Source of the DNA: Ahrensia sp.
Lineage (GTDB): Bacteria > Pseudomonadota > Alphaproteobacteria > Rhizobiales > Rhizobiaceae
DNA: 64,000 nucleotides
NCBI GenBank assembly: GCA_049682915.1
Contig: JBAUIL010000161.1
Location: 1,044 to 65,043 of the forward strand
Reading direction: 5' to 3'
In this document: in pieces, positions 1 through 9,823 of the stretch
Layout: every line of letters begins with the position of its first letter
How positions within the stretch are numbered: position 1 is the first letter of the stretch
Made by a program: the position numbers and the translations under genes
Notes under the pieces: model-generated
The model's database searches: none
What the model was told of the DNA's origin: nothing
What the model saw: the letters and a program-made list of their open reading frames with translations, nothing else

Positions 1-1348
1 GCATATGCTGATAGGGGCCCGGCGTGTTGCCATACCAAGCATCATTACTGACATTCAAAATGGCCGCAGGCATGTCACCGGTCATGACAGCGTGGCGCGC
101 AAAAATTGCCTCATAGCAAATCAACGGCAACAGGCGAATGCCGCTGAGCGGTTCGATCATGGTGCGGTCGGGCGCTGCGGAATAACCCCGGTCCGCAGCA
201 GCGACAGCGCGCAGGCCCAGATTGCTCAGCAGGTCCTTGAATGGCAGATATTCGCCAAACGGCACCAGATGCACCTTGTCGGCCGCATCTATGATGATGC
301 CCTCATCGTCAAGTACGGTGATTGAATTGTAATAGCGGCGCTGATCGGCAGCCTCACCCTCATCGCCTTCCACCCGCACGGCACCGGTGACAAGGCGCTG
401 ACCGGGTTGCAGGCGTGCCGCGATCGCACTGACGGCCTCCGGCGAGCGGGTCAAAATGAAGGGCACGGCGGTTTCCGGCCAGATGATCACGTCGGGATTA
501 CGGCCATCGTCAGATGCCAGGCCGGTCAAATCCAGCATCAGTGAGAACTGATCGTCCGCATCTGCGCCGGCTGTTTTGGTGGATTGGTCAATCGATGGCT
601 GCACGATGCGCATGCGCACCATATCGGCGGCAACATCATTTTCTGCCGGTGCCTCTGCTGGTGCGGACAAACGCCACACGCCAAAGCCGACATGGGCGGC
701 TAGCAAGCCAACGCATACAACACCCGCGACGGCGCTGCGCCAGTTCTTACCTACCATCGCAGCAGGCAGCGCAAAAACAAACACCGCCAAGGCGTTGATG
801 GCCTCAGCCCCTATGACGGACACTGACTGCATCATCACAGGCACGGGCATGATTGTCTGGCCGATGGCGTTCCACGGGAAGCCGGTCGCGACATAGCCGC
901 GCGCCAATTCCATCACTCCGAATGCAAAAGCCAAGGCCGCAACCCGGCCCAGACCATCGGACCACACCAGCCGCGCCAAGGCGCAGGCTGCACCGTAAAA
1001 CAGGGCCAAAACCGCAGGCAGACCGACAACGGCCAAAGGAATGAACCAGATGAAGTCACGCGCTTCCACCAGCAAGGCATTGGCGATCCACCAGAGCCCG
1101 GCGATGAAATAGCCAAAGCCGAACCACCACCCGACCGCAAAAGCCGGACGCAGCCGCTTCAAGGCACCCTCACCGGCAAAGCCGACAGCACCATCCAGCA
1201 GCCAGACGATCAGCGGAAATGCAATAAATCCGGCAATGAATATATGCAGTGGCGCAAGGCCGAGAGATGCAACAAGACCCGCAACAAAGGCAACCGCCCA
1301 GCGCTTGACGCCTGACAGCAAAAGGACGCGTTGTTGAAGGCTTTCCAT
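1..1348 (-). CDS. lnt: apolipoprotein N-acyltransferase, 3' end cut by window edge
   Basis: Absent from the ORF track because it runs off the edge. Own translation of the minus strand from ATG 1348..1346 gives MESLQQRVLLLSGVKRWAVAFVAGLVASLGLAPLH... A multi-helix hydrophobic N-terminus is followed by CN-hydrolase motifs VIIWPETAVPF, DKVHLVPFGEYLPF, LICYEAIF and SNDAWYGNTPGPYQH. The frame is open to position 1. Its position downstream of corC is the canonical one. Confidence 0.85.
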   Translation of the reverse strand, partial: MESLQQRVLLLSGVKRWAVAFVAGLVASLGLAPLHIFIAGFIAFPLIVWLLDGAVGFAGEGALKRLRPAFAVGWWFGFGYFIAGLWWIANALLVEARDFIWFIPLAVVGLPAVLALFYGAACALARLVWSDGLGRVAALAFAFGVMELARGYVATGFPWNAIGQTIMPVPVMMQSVSVIGAEAINALAVFVFALPAAMVGKNWRSAVAGVVCVGLLAAHVGFGVWRLSAPAEAPAENDVAADMVRMRIVQPSIDQSTKTAGADADDQFSLMLDLTGLASDDGRNPDVIIWPETAVPFILTRSPEAVSAIAARLQPGQRLVTGAVRVEGDEGEAADQRRYYNSITVLDDEGIIIDAADKVHLVPFGEYLPFKDLLSNLGLRAVAAADRGYSAAPDRTMIEPLSGIRLLPLICYEAIFARHAVMTGDMPAAILNVSNDAWYGNTPGPYQHM

Positions 1349-1459
1349 GGCACCTGTTCGCGAATCACTACATTGTGGCATTCAGCCATAATCGGCGACG
1401 CACGGAAATGATACCGCAGGCATTTCAAGCGCCCGCCGAAAAGGGCAAAAAAGGCCGGT

Positions 1460-2632
1460 TTAGCCGTCAGCGCCTACAGTGCCGGACTCTTTGGACTTTG
1501 CCCGCATGCGCGCCGGTGCTTTGACTTGTTTGATAATCACACTGCGGATCCGCCGGGGATCGGCTTCGCAGACTTCAATTTCCAAACCGGCAAGCCCGTG
1601 CACAACTTCGCCGCGCAACGGCACCCGACCCAGCATCGAGAACACCAAGCCGCCAATTGAATCGACCTCGTCATCGATTGCGTGGGCTTTTTCGATAAAG
1701 CCTGCGGGCATGTGATTAGCGATTTCATTGAGCTCGACCCGCGCGTCCATGCGTAACGTGCCGTCCGGGCGTTCCTCAATCATGATTTCATCGTCATCAT
1801 GCTCGTCTTCAATGTCGCCGAACACCATTTCGATAATGTCTTCGAGCGATACGAGACCATCGGTGCCACCATATTCGTCGATAACCAGCGCCATCTGGGT
1901 GCGCGACGTTTGCATGCGCGTCATCAGATCAATCGCCAGCATGGAGGGCGGGACAAACAAAACGCTGCGCGAGATTTTTGCTTCTTCGACGGTTTTGGAA
2001 AGATCGACATTGGCAAGGTTCAAACCGGCTGGCAGTTCCTTGGCTTCACGGACCGGTTCTTTGTCGATCGCGCTGTCTTTTTCTTTGGCGGCAGCGCGTG
2101 CGCGGCGTCGTTTTTTGGCAGCACCGGTCACAATGTGGCCGACAACGTCGCGGATGTGGACCATGCCACGCGGATCATCCAGTGTCTCGACATAGACGGG
2201 CATGCGCGAATGGCCCGAACTCTGAAACAGCTTGAGCAGCTCGGCCAGAGAGGTCGATGAATCAACCGCTTCAATTTCAGCGCGCGGTATCATCACATCG
2301 GCCACGCGCACCTCACGCAAGCGCAAAATATTGCCAAGCATGGCGCGCTCGCCGGCGGAAATGGTTTCGTCGACATGCTCTCCGGAATCGAGCGCAATTT
2401 CAAGATTGGCACGAACGGAAGAGTTCGCGTTGGGCCGGAACGCATAGGCCAGGCGCTGCAGGAAATTGGGCTGGTTGGAGCGCTCCCGCGGCACCGGAGC
2501 GGGCGGAATTATCGCTGGCAGATTCGTACTGTACGATTCAGCGTCGGCATCACCATGGGTGTCAGCATCTCCAAGAGAGGCGACGGCGTGCGTTGAATGG
2601 GAAGCGTCATTATTCATTGTTTTACAGTTCAC
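1460..2632 (-). CDS. corC: CBS-domain CorC/TlyC/HlyC-family protein (Mg/Co efflux-type)
   Basis: 390-aa ORF with a CBS pair region (VADVMIPRAEIEAVD, MVHIRDVVGH) and a C-terminal CorC_HlyC-like region (LEIEVCEADPRRIRSVII). The GTG start overlaps the ybeY stop (GTGA); ATG 2617 is an alternative start. Confidence 0.85.
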   Translation of the reverse strand: MNCKTMNNDASHSTHAVASLGDADTHGDADAESYSTNLPAIIPPAPVPRERSNQPNFLQRLAYAFRPNANSSVRANLEIALDSGEHVDETISAGERAMLGNILRLREVRVADVMIPRAEIEAVDSSTSLAELLKLFQSSGHSRMPVYVETLDDPRGMVHIRDVVGHIVTGAAKKRRRARAAAKEKDSAIDKEPVREAKELPAGLNLANVDLSKTVEEAKISRSVLFVPPSMLAIDLMTRMQTSRTQMALVIDEYGGTDGLVSLEDIIEMVFGDIEDEHDDDEIMIEERPDGTLRMDARVELNEIANHMPAGFIEKAHAIDDEVDSIGGLVFSMLGRVPLRGEVVHGLAGLEIEVCEADPRRIRSVIIKQVKAPARMRAKSKESGTVGADG

Positions 2633-3123
2633 GATGCCACGGGCAGATAGGGGTCGGCGATGCCTTTGGCGGCTAATATGTCCTTTTCAAGGTTTTCCAT
2701 CGTTTCGGCGTCGGTGTCCAGAACATGATCATAACCCAATAGGTGCAACAGACCGTGAATAACCAGGTGTGTTACATGGCTATCAAAGGTCTTGGCCGCA
2801 AGCGCTGCTTCCCGCTCAATCGTTTCATAGGCCAAAATAATATCGCCCAGCATCATGCCCGGTCTATCGCCGGGCGTCAGTTGCACTGTGGGAAATGACA
2901 GCACATTGGTCGGTTTGTCCTGGCTACGCCACTGCGCATTGATCTGCCGGATATGCGCATCATCGCTGAGCAGCACGCTCAGTTCGCTGTCAACGTCAGT
3001 CATGCCGAGATGCGCTATCACGTCTACACAGCATTGGCCCACCAATTGTTGCCATGGTGCCTCATCGCCCCATGCTGACGCTTCGCTGGTTAGTTCAACG
3101 TGTATCATCGGCTCTGGGCGCAT
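2629..3123 (-). CDS. ybeY: endoribonuclease YbeY (rRNA maturation)
   Basis: Contains the zinc-binding motif HLVIHGLLHLLGYDH. The track ORF extends to 3288, but that would overlap phoH by about 190 nt. ATG 3123 (or 3108) gives a typical protein of about 160 aa. Confidence 0.85.
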   Translation of the reverse strand: MRPEPMIHVELTSEASAWGDEAPWQQLVGQCCVDVIAHLGMTDVDSELSVLLSDDAHIRQINAQWRSQDKPTNVLSFPTVQLTPGDRPGMMLGDIILAYETIEREAALAAKTFDSHVTHLVIHGLLHLLGYDHVLDTDAETMENLEKDILAAKGIADPYLPVAS

Positions 3124-4147
3124 AGGTTTTGTCGTAGGCGCTGACGATCTTGGCAACCAGCGGATGGCGCACGACATCGGTGTCTTTGAACCGCACCTTG
3201 ATGATGCCATCGACATTGTCGAGCACCTGCAGCGCATCCACCAGACCGGATTTCTGGCCATGTGGCAAATCCACCTGGCTGGGATCACCGGTCACCATCA
3301 TGCGGGCGTTTTCGCCCAAACGCGTCAGAAACATCTTCATCTGCATGGTGGTTGTGTTTTGCGCTTCATCCAGAATAATCGCGGCATTGGACAAAGTACG
3401 CCCGCGCATGAAGGCCAGCGGCGCAATCTCGATAACACCGGCGGCGAGCGCGCGCTCCACCTTGTCGCCGGGGATCATGTCATAGAGCGCGTCATATAGC
3501 GGGCGCAGATAGGGATCGACCTTCTCTTTCATGTCGCCGGGCAAAAAGCCGAGCCGCTCACCAGCTTCAACGGCAGGGCGCGACAGGATAATCCGCTCCA
3601 CCTGCCCGCGCTCCAAGAGCATGGCGGCATGGGCAACGGCGATGTAGGTTTTGCCGGTGCCAGCAGGGCCGACACCGAACACCAGTTCCGCGCGCTCCAA
3701 AGCGCGCATATACGCGTCCTGATTGGGCGTGCGGGCAAATATCGTTTTCTTGCGTGTGGCAATTTGGGCAGCGGCAATCTTGGCTTTGTTTTCAATGGTC
3801 GGCAGGTCCAACTGATCATCCGCCGCTATGGCCATGCGCAACGCGCCTTCCACATCGGACTTTTCGGGATCGTCACCGCCCTCATGCAATTGGTCGTAGA
3901 GATGATCGATGGCGCGGCGGGCCTGCTCGGTGGCCACCGGTTCACCCTTGATGGAAACCTGATTGCCGCGCGAACGAACATCAACACCAAGTGTCGCTTC
4001 AATGAGTTTCAGGTTTTCATCGAACTGCCCGAAAAGCGCGCGGGCGTGATCATTATTGTCGAAACTAAGGACGATATGCGCGAGATCTGAAGCACCGGAA
4101 GGTTCGGCGGATACGGTGGATTTTCTATCCATTGTCGCGTCGTTCAA
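3095..4147 (-). CDS. phoH: PhoH-family ATPase (YbeZ)
   Basis: Walker [16 protein letters not shown]; PhoH-like core [19 protein letters not shown]...DEAQN. TTG 4147 overlaps the miaB stop; ATG 4132 is an alternative start. Confidence 0.9.
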   Translation of the reverse strand: MNDATMDRKSTVSAEPSGASDLAHIVLSFDNNDHARALFGQFDENLKLIEATLGVDVRSRGNQVSIKGEPVATEQARRAIDHLYDQLHEGGDDPEKSDVEGALRMAIAADDQLDLPTIENKAKIAAAQIATRKKTIFARTPNQDAYMRALERAELVFGVGPAGTGKTYIAVAHAAMLLERGQVERIILSRPAVEAGERLGFLPGDMKEKVDPYLRPLYDALYDMIPGDKVERALAAGVIEIAPLAFMRGRTLSNAAIILDEAQNTTTMQMKMFLTRLGENARMMVTGDPSQVDLPHGQKSGLVDALQVLDNVDGIIKVRFKDTDVVRHPLVAKIVSAYDKTYAPRADDTR

Positions 4148-5583
4148 TCGTTGCTTCCCATTGTTGAGGCCGCCATGCGGGCAGCCGCTTTGTCAGACAT
4201 CAGAGAATTGGTTTCCGTGCCGCTGATTCGCACATCAACAATATCGCCGATGGCTCCTACAGTTTCATCACAGACGACTGGTTGCAACCATGGTGAGCGG
4301 CCAATCAACTGTTGATCCATCCGGCCGGGCTTTTCCAGCAGCACCGGCAGGGTTTTGCCGACAAGTGACCCCATGAATTGCTGTTGTTGTTCGGTCAGCA
4401 AGGCTTGCAACTGTTGAAGCCGTTGCGACTTCACCGCTTCGGGCACCTGATCAACCAATTCCGCACCGGGTGTGCCGGGACGGGTGGAATATTTGAATGA
4501 GAACGCCTGCGCATAGGTGACATCGCGGATGATCCGCATGGTGTCTTCAAAGTCAGCGTCGGTTTCGCCGGGAAAGCCGACGATAAAGTCGCCTGAAAGC
4601 GCAATGTCCGGACGCGCATCGCGGATACGGTCGATCAGACGGCGATAGTCATCTGCTGTGTGTTTGCGGTTCATCGCCTTCAAAATCGCGTCGGAGCCGG
4701 CCTGAATGGGCAGATGCAGATAGGGCATCAGCGTGTCGAGATCGCGGTGCGCGGCAATCAGCGCATCATCCATATCGCGCGGGTGGCTGGTAGTGTAACG
4801 CAACCGCGCGAGACCATCGAGCTTGGCCAATTCAAACAGCAATTCACCCAAGCCCCATTCGCGACCATCAGCACCAACGCCGTGCCAGGCATTGACGTTC
4901 TGGCCCAGCAGCGTGATCTCGCGCACACCAGCAGCAACCAATTGCCTGGCTTCATCGAGGATTTGCGCGACAGGTCGCGAAATTTCAGAGCCGCGTGTGT
5001 AGGGCACCACGCAGAAGGTGCAAAATTTATCGCACCCTTCCTGCACGGTCAGAAAGGCGGTGACGCCACGCGCGGCGATCTTGCGCTTGTCAGGTCCCGG
5101 CAGGTGCTCGAATTTGTCTTCGATGGCGTAGTCGGTTTCAACAACTTTTTCTCCGCGTCTGGCTTTAGCCACGACCTCGGGCAGGCGGTGATAGGTTGTC
5201 GGGCCGATGACAAAATCAACCGTTGGCGCGCGGCGGATAATCTCCTGGCCTTCGGCCTGTGCCACGCAACCGGCAACGCCAATCATCAGGTCGCCACCGG
5301 CATCCTTGCGCTTGTTGCGGATCGCCTTGAAACGGCCGATGTCGGAATAGACTTTTTCCGCCGCCTTCTCGCGGATGTGGCAGGTGTTGAGCAGCACCAT
5401 GTCGGCTTCTTCAATGGCAAGCGTTTCCGTATAGCCGTCCTTGCCCAACGCATCGGCCATGCGCTGGCTGTCATAGACGTTCATCTGACAGCCATAGGTC
5501 TTGACGAACACCTTTTTGGTGGCCGTCTTTTCGGCTTCGTTCGGGCTGTCGGCTTGGGCAAGCATTGTGTTTTCACTCATCAT
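4144..5583 (-). CDS. miaB: tRNA-2-methylthio-N6-dimethylallyladenosine synthase
   Basis: 479 aa. N-terminal UPF0004 cysteines (YGCQMN, NTCHIRE), a radical-SAM [15 protein letters not shown] motif and a C-terminal TRAM-like region. Confidence 0.93.
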   Translation of the reverse strand: MMSENTMLAQADSPNEAEKTATKKVFVKTYGCQMNVYDSQRMADALGKDGYTETLAIEEADMVLLNTCHIREKAAEKVYSDIGRFKAIRNKRKDAGGDLMIGVAGCVAQAEGQEIIRRAPTVDFVIGPTTYHRLPEVVAKARRGEKVVETDYAIEDKFEHLPGPDKRKIAARGVTAFLTVQEGCDKFCTFCVVPYTRGSEISRPVAQILDEARQLVAAGVREITLLGQNVNAWHGVGADGREWGLGELLFELAKLDGLARLRYTTSHPRDMDDALIAAHRDLDTLMPYLHLPIQAGSDAILKAMNRKHTADDYRRLIDRIRDARPDIALSGDFIVGFPGETDADFEDTMRIIRDVTYAQAFSFKYSTRPGTPGAELVDQVPEAVKSQRLQQLQALLTEQQQQFMGSLVGKTLPVLLEKPGRMDQQLIGRSPWLQPVVCDETVGAIGDIVDVRISGTETNSLMSDKAAARMAASTMGSND

Positions 5584-6418
5584 CGTGCCCCAATAGTCCA
5601 GATTTGCGCTGATGAGAAGACGCCAAACGCCCGCGCAATGCCGCAGCCGCCATTTGGCTGACCGCGCTTTGAACCTGCGTGGTTAATTGTTTGCGGTTGG
5701 TTTGCGGGCCCGCTTCAATAACATCGCCAAAGCACACATCGACATCAAGCACACCATGGCGCAACACGTTGACCAGATGCGGCACCAATTCGATATCGCC
5801 GGGCCAAGCCGCCAGTGGGCGGTCATAGCGGCCCATCGGCATGCCGTGCAGGCCTGTATAGGCGATGGCAACCGGCTGCACCGCGTGAACCATATCGGCG
5901 TTTTCGCCGGTCAGGCCCAGCGCGCCAAACAGCGACGATTTGAAGGCATATATGAAATTGCCATCCGACGTGGTGCCCTCAGGAAACAGCACCAGCGTGT
6001 CGCCCGCATTGAGGCGGCGGGCAATCGCATCGGCCTGATTGGCAACGTCGGTCCGGCGCTCGCGGGTGATGAAAATAGTCTCCTGCCATTGCGCCAGTTT
6101 GCCGAAAATGCCCCAGCCAAGCACTTCGTCTTTCGAAATAAAACTCAGCGGCGTTATTGACCCCAAAACCACGATATCGAGCCAGGAAACATGGTTGGCC
6201 GCCAGCAATGTGCCATGGATGTTTTTGGCGGGCTGGCCATGTACGCGCACCCGGATGCTCATCAACCACAGTACGCAACGATGCCACAACACCGGCAGTT
6301 TTTTGCGAAGGCGCCAGCCAAGCCGCAGTGCCAGCACTTGCAGCGGCACCATCAACAGGCTGATCAGGATGACGCCAACCACAATGCGGATTATCCGCAG
6401 TGTTTCTGACAGGCCCAT
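5573..6418 (-). CDS. lysophospholipid acyltransferase family protein (PlsC-like; possibly OlsA)
   Basis: HX4D motif NHVSWLDI and FPEGTTS motif, with an N-terminal TM helix. Its position next to miaB matches where olsA sits in Sinorhizobium, as far as I recall. Confidence 0.8.
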   Translation of the reverse strand: MGLSETLRIIRIVVGVILISLLMVPLQVLALRLGWRLRKKLPVLWHRCVLWLMSIRVRVHGQPAKNIHGTLLAANHVSWLDIVVLGSITPLSFISKDEVLGWGIFGKLAQWQETIFITRERRTDVANQADAIARRLNAGDTLVLFPEGTTSDGNFIYAFKSSLFGALGLTGENADMVHAVQPVAIAYTGLHGMPMGRYDRPLAAWPGDIELVPHLVNVLRHGVLDVDVCFGDVIEAGPQTNRKQLTTQVQSAVSQMAAAALRGRLASSHQRKSGLLGHDDE

Positions 6419-6420
6419 TG

Positions 6421-6909
6421 TCAGGCAAAATCCCGGCGCATCACCAGTGCCTTGCCGCGGCTGCCATCGGCATTTTGATAATAGCCCGGCCGCTCTGCGA
6501 TGGTCACAAAGCCCAGCTTTTTATACAGTCTGGTCGCTGCCTTGTTGCTTTCGTCGACTTCCAGAAAAATGGATTTCACCCGCTCCCGGTGGGCGCGTTC
6601 CAAACACGCATCCATCAGCCGTCGCCCGCAGCCATAGCCCTGCCAATTGGGCTTAACCGCGATTGTCAGTACCTCGGTTTCATCGATGACGGTGCGTGAC
6701 ATGATGAAACCGACAAGCTTTCCGCCCTCGCTTTTAGGCTTGCGTAACACCAGACCGAGCGTGCCTGGCTTGACGAGCAATTGCTCGATCTCGCCGTCAG
6801 TCCACGCCCGTTGAAAGGCGGCTGCATGAATATCGGCCATCGGGCGATAGTGCTCCGCGGTCGCTTCATCGATCACCAGTGAAGCAGCGGCGTCAAAACC
6901 GAAAATCAT
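6421..6909 (-). CDS. rimI: ribosomal-protein-alanine N-acetyltransferase (GNAT)
   Basis: 162-aa GNAT fold with an acetyl-CoA loop WQGYGCGRRLM. ATGA overlap with the tsaB stop; conserved tsaB-rimI pairing. Confidence 0.8.
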   Translation of the reverse strand: MIFGFDAAASLVIDEATAEHYRPMADIHAAAFQRAWTDGEIEQLLVKPGTLGLVLRKPKSEGGKLVGFIMSRTVIDETEVLTIAVKPNWQGYGCGRRLMDACLERAHRERVKSIFLEVDESNKAATRLYKKLGFVTIAERPGYYQNADGSRGKALVMRRDFA

Positions 6910-7580
6910 GGTGCGCGCTCCAGCGCGAAGCCTGTTTGTGGCTTGGCATCTGCACCGCGCAAATAAAGCGGGCTGGCGGGCATAGTGGCGCTGGCACCCA
7001 GCCGCGCAATGGTCTCGATCGTGCCGGTCGCAACCGGCAAGGCGCGCGCCAGCAATGTCCGGCCACTGGCCTGTGCAACGGCGTCAGCGGCATTGCCGAC
7101 AATTGTTTTGGTGTCAGGCGTCAGCACATCAGCGGCGTTATCCAGCGCAACCTGGCGCGGATCACCAAAGGCCAGCCCGCGCACGTCGAAGCACTGCGCA
7201 AAAATCTGCCCGCGACCGCCTTCAATGGCAACGGTGAAGGGGCCTTTGATGGCGCTGTCGGCGATGGCATCAGCGGCGATGGCTTGCAGCGTTGTGACGC
7301 CTTTGGCTTCCAGCCCAAGCGCCAGCGCGAAGCCGCGCGCCATGGAAACGCCGACCCGGATGCCAGTAAAAGTGCCCGGCCCGATGGTGACGGCGATGGC
7401 GTGCAATTGGCCATAGGTCAGGCGCGCATCATCCATCACGTCCGCAATCAGTGCGGGTAGATGTTCGGCATGGCCACGGCCAATGTCGTCGCTGCGCGTC
7501 GCGCGCGCCGTGTGGCTCGCCGTGTCATAGACGGTGGCCGCACACAGATTGGCCGCCGTATCAATTCCCAGAACAATCAT
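6906..7580 (-). CDS. tsaB: tRNA t6A biosynthesis protein TsaB (YeaZ)
   Basis: N-terminus MIVLGIDTAANLCAATV, GPGTFTGIRVG motif, 224 aa. Confidence 0.85.
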   Translation of the reverse strand: MIVLGIDTAANLCAATVYDTASHTARATRSDDIGRGHAEHLPALIADVMDDARLTYGQLHAIAVTIGPGTFTGIRVGVSMARGFALALGLEAKGVTTLQAIAADAIADSAIKGPFTVAIEGGRGQIFAQCFDVRGLAFGDPRQVALDNAADVLTPDTKTIVGNAADAVAQASGRTLLARALPVATGTIETIARLGASATMPASPLYLRGADAKPQTGFALERAP

Positions 7581-7619
7581 GGCACCGCGATAGCGCTTTC
7601 ATCCGGCCTTGCAAAGCGT

Positions 7620-9131
7620 TTACTGCACCAGCCCCAACAGGCGTGGAATGGTGAGCGACACGGCGGGGAAATAGGTAATGAGGAAAATCACCAGCACCTC
7701 CACCGCCAGAAAAGGCAGGATGGTTTTCGATATGGTTTCCACCCTTTCCCCCGACACGCTGGAGGCGACAAACAGCACCAACCCCATGGGCGGCGTTATA
7801 AGCCCGACGGTCAGGTTGACGCTCATGATCATCGCAAAGTGTACGGGGTCCACGCCGAGCGACACAAAGATCGGCCCGAGGATCGGTCCGAGAATGATGA
7901 TCGCAGGGCCCGCATCCAGAAACATGCCGATGACAAACAACAGGATGTTGATCAAGAGCAGCAGCAGCAGCTTGTTTTCAGTCAGCGTTACGATCCACGC
8001 GGCCATGTCTTCGGCCGCGTGCGACAGGCTGACAACCGTCTTAAATGCCATGGCAGCACCGACCAGCAAAAGCACAACCGATGAGGTGAGCGCGGCTTTT
8101 GAAAACACCGCCGGCAGGTCGCCGGGCTTCAGTGTGCGCAGCACGAACAGGCCAATAAACAGCGCGTAGAAAGCGGCGACCGCAGAAGCTTCGGTGGGCG
8201 TGAACAGGCCGCCCAGAATGCCGCCGAGAATAATCACCGGTGTCAGCAGGGGCAGCACCGCGCGCTTGGTAACATTGCGCATCGGCTTGGACAGGAAGTT
8301 GCGCAGCAACACCATGATCAGCAGCGAGACGATGATCGCGGCACCGAACACGATCAGTGTCTGGGTCGCATCGGACATCGCATTGATGGTTTCGGTATCA
8401 AACACCGGACGCAAAAACACTTGCACCACGATGGCCAGGCCCAGCGCGCCAAATAGCCATGACATGATGTTTTCTGACCGGGGCAGCGGTACAGCCAATT
8501 CGGGTCGATCCAGCCCGCGCCCGGCTTTCGGAAATCCCTTCTGACGCGCCATGATGTTGGTGACAATCATCAGGCCAATGCCAATCAGAATGCCCGGCAC
8601 AATGCCAGCCGCAAACAGGGCGGCGACTGAGACTTCCATCACATAGGCATAGATAATCATGATGCCCGATGGCGGGATGATCGGTCCGATGACGGACGAA
8701 GCAGCAGTGACGGCGGCGGAGAACCTGCGGGTGTAGCCGTTCTTTTCCATCGCGGGGATGAGCATGGAACCGAGCGCCGACGTGTCGGCAACAGCGGAGC
8801 CGGAAAGACCGGCAAACAGCATGGATGACAAGATGTTGACCTGCGCCAGGCCGCCGCGCACATGGCCGATGATGGCCTGCGAAAACTCCACCAGCCTCAG
8901 CGTGATGCCGCCGCGGTTCATCAACTCGCCTGCCAGCATGAAGAACGGAATTGCCAAAAGCGGAAATGAAAAGATGCCGGAATAGATGTTGCGGTACATC
9001 AGCGCGACATCGCGGCTCATATCCTGACTGATCAGCAACAGGCCGGGCGCTGCCAGCATGGCAAAAAACACCGGCATGCCGATGAGCAGGAAAAACAAAA
9101 ACAGCGGAAGAAAAAGCGCCAACATGATCAT
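7620..9131 (-). CDS. dctM: TRAP transporter large permease, long form (503 aa)
   Basis: DctM signature FPLLAIPFFMLAGELMNRGGITLRLVEF...GGLAQVNILSSMLFAGLSGSAVAD. Highly hydrophobic. ATGA overlap with the dctQ stop. Confidence 0.9.
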   Translation of the reverse strand: MIMLALFLPLFLFFLLIGMPVFFAMLAAPGLLLISQDMSRDVALMYRNIYSGIFSFPLLAIPFFMLAGELMNRGGITLRLVEFSQAIIGHVRGGLAQVNILSSMLFAGLSGSAVADTSALGSMLIPAMEKNGYTRRFSAAVTAASSVIGPIIPPSGIMIIYAYVMEVSVAALFAAGIVPGILIGIGLMIVTNIMARQKGFPKAGRGLDRPELAVPLPRSENIMSWLFGALGLAIVVQVFLRPVFDTETINAMSDATQTLIVFGAAIIVSLLIMVLLRNFLSKPMRNVTKRAVLPLLTPVIILGGILGGLFTPTEASAVAAFYALFIGLFVLRTLKPGDLPAVFSKAALTSSVVLLLVGAAMAFKTVVSLSHAAEDMAAWIVTLTENKLLLLLLINILLFVIGMFLDAGPAIIILGPILGPIFVSLGVDPVHFAMIMSVNLTVGLITPPMGLVLFVASSVSGERVETISKTILPFLAVEVLVIFLITYFPAVSLTIPRLLGLVQ

Positions 9132-9760
9132 TCAGCTCCTGCGCCGGAAGCCATGTAGGATGGCGGGGTCGGATTGGGGAATTGCTCGGGATCGCCGAAG
9201 GTGTGGCCCAGCTTGCGAATGATCAGCTCAATATTGACTGACAAGAGCATGACGAAACAGGCCACCATGCCGAGATAAATGTAAGCCGCGCGGAACTCGA
9301 TATTGGTGCCTAGCAATTGGTTGATGCCGCTGTCCTGCACGAGGCGATTAAGGCCGGACGAATTGAAAAGAATGGGGCTGGAAAAATGCGTCCACGCTTC
9401 GCGCAGCAGAAACCAGCTGACGCCGGTGGCGACTAGCATCAACGCCATGGTGAGGGCAAAGCGCGGCCATTTGGGCAGCGCCTCCGACAACAGATCGATG
9501 GCCACGAAGCCGCCCCAGCGATAGGCTGACGGTGCCATCAGACCCATCATCCAGATCATCAGCGACAGGGATGCTTCTTCGGGCCACGATAGGGGGGAAT
9601 TGAGCACATAGCGGTAGAATACCTGCATCAGGATTACCACCACCATTAGTGCCATCAGCACCCATGCCACATTGCGCCCAATCGACAGGAAAAACGAATT
9701 GATGCGCGTATGAACCATGTGCAACGCAGCCAAAGCACCCATGGCAAAAATCCTCCCCAA
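9128..9760 (-). CDS. dctQ: TRAP transporter small permease
   Basis: 210-aa 4-TM-type protein immediately upstream of dctM and translationally coupled to it. The start could be the internal Met at 9718. Confidence 0.8.
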   Translation of the reverse strand: MGRIFAMGALAALHMVHTRINSFFLSIGRNVAWVLMALMVVVILMQVFYRYVLNSPLSWPEEASLSLMIWMMGLMAPSAYRWGGFVAIDLLSEALPKWPRFALTMALMLVATGVSWFLLREAWTHFSSPILFNSSGLNRLVQDSGINQLLGTNIEFRAAYIYLGMVACFVMLLSVNIELIIRKLGHTFGDPEQFPNPTPPSYMASGAGAE

Positions 9761-9823
9761 GACGCGGACACGCTAGACCGCCGCGCATGGAAATGAAAGC
9801 GGTTAGATGGCGCCAAGCAAGCG

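Noticed and set aside
2629-3288. Over-long track ORFs: ybeY to 3288, dgoK to 14469, dgoA to 13375, trpS from 43886, the YnjB-like gene to 55567, sppA from 27820 and lspA from 32550.
   Set aside because: The extensions overlap the preceding gene substantially or add non-homologous N-termini. Internal starts give family-typical N-termini and classic 1-4 nt coupling overlaps. The trimmed coordinates are given in the features list.
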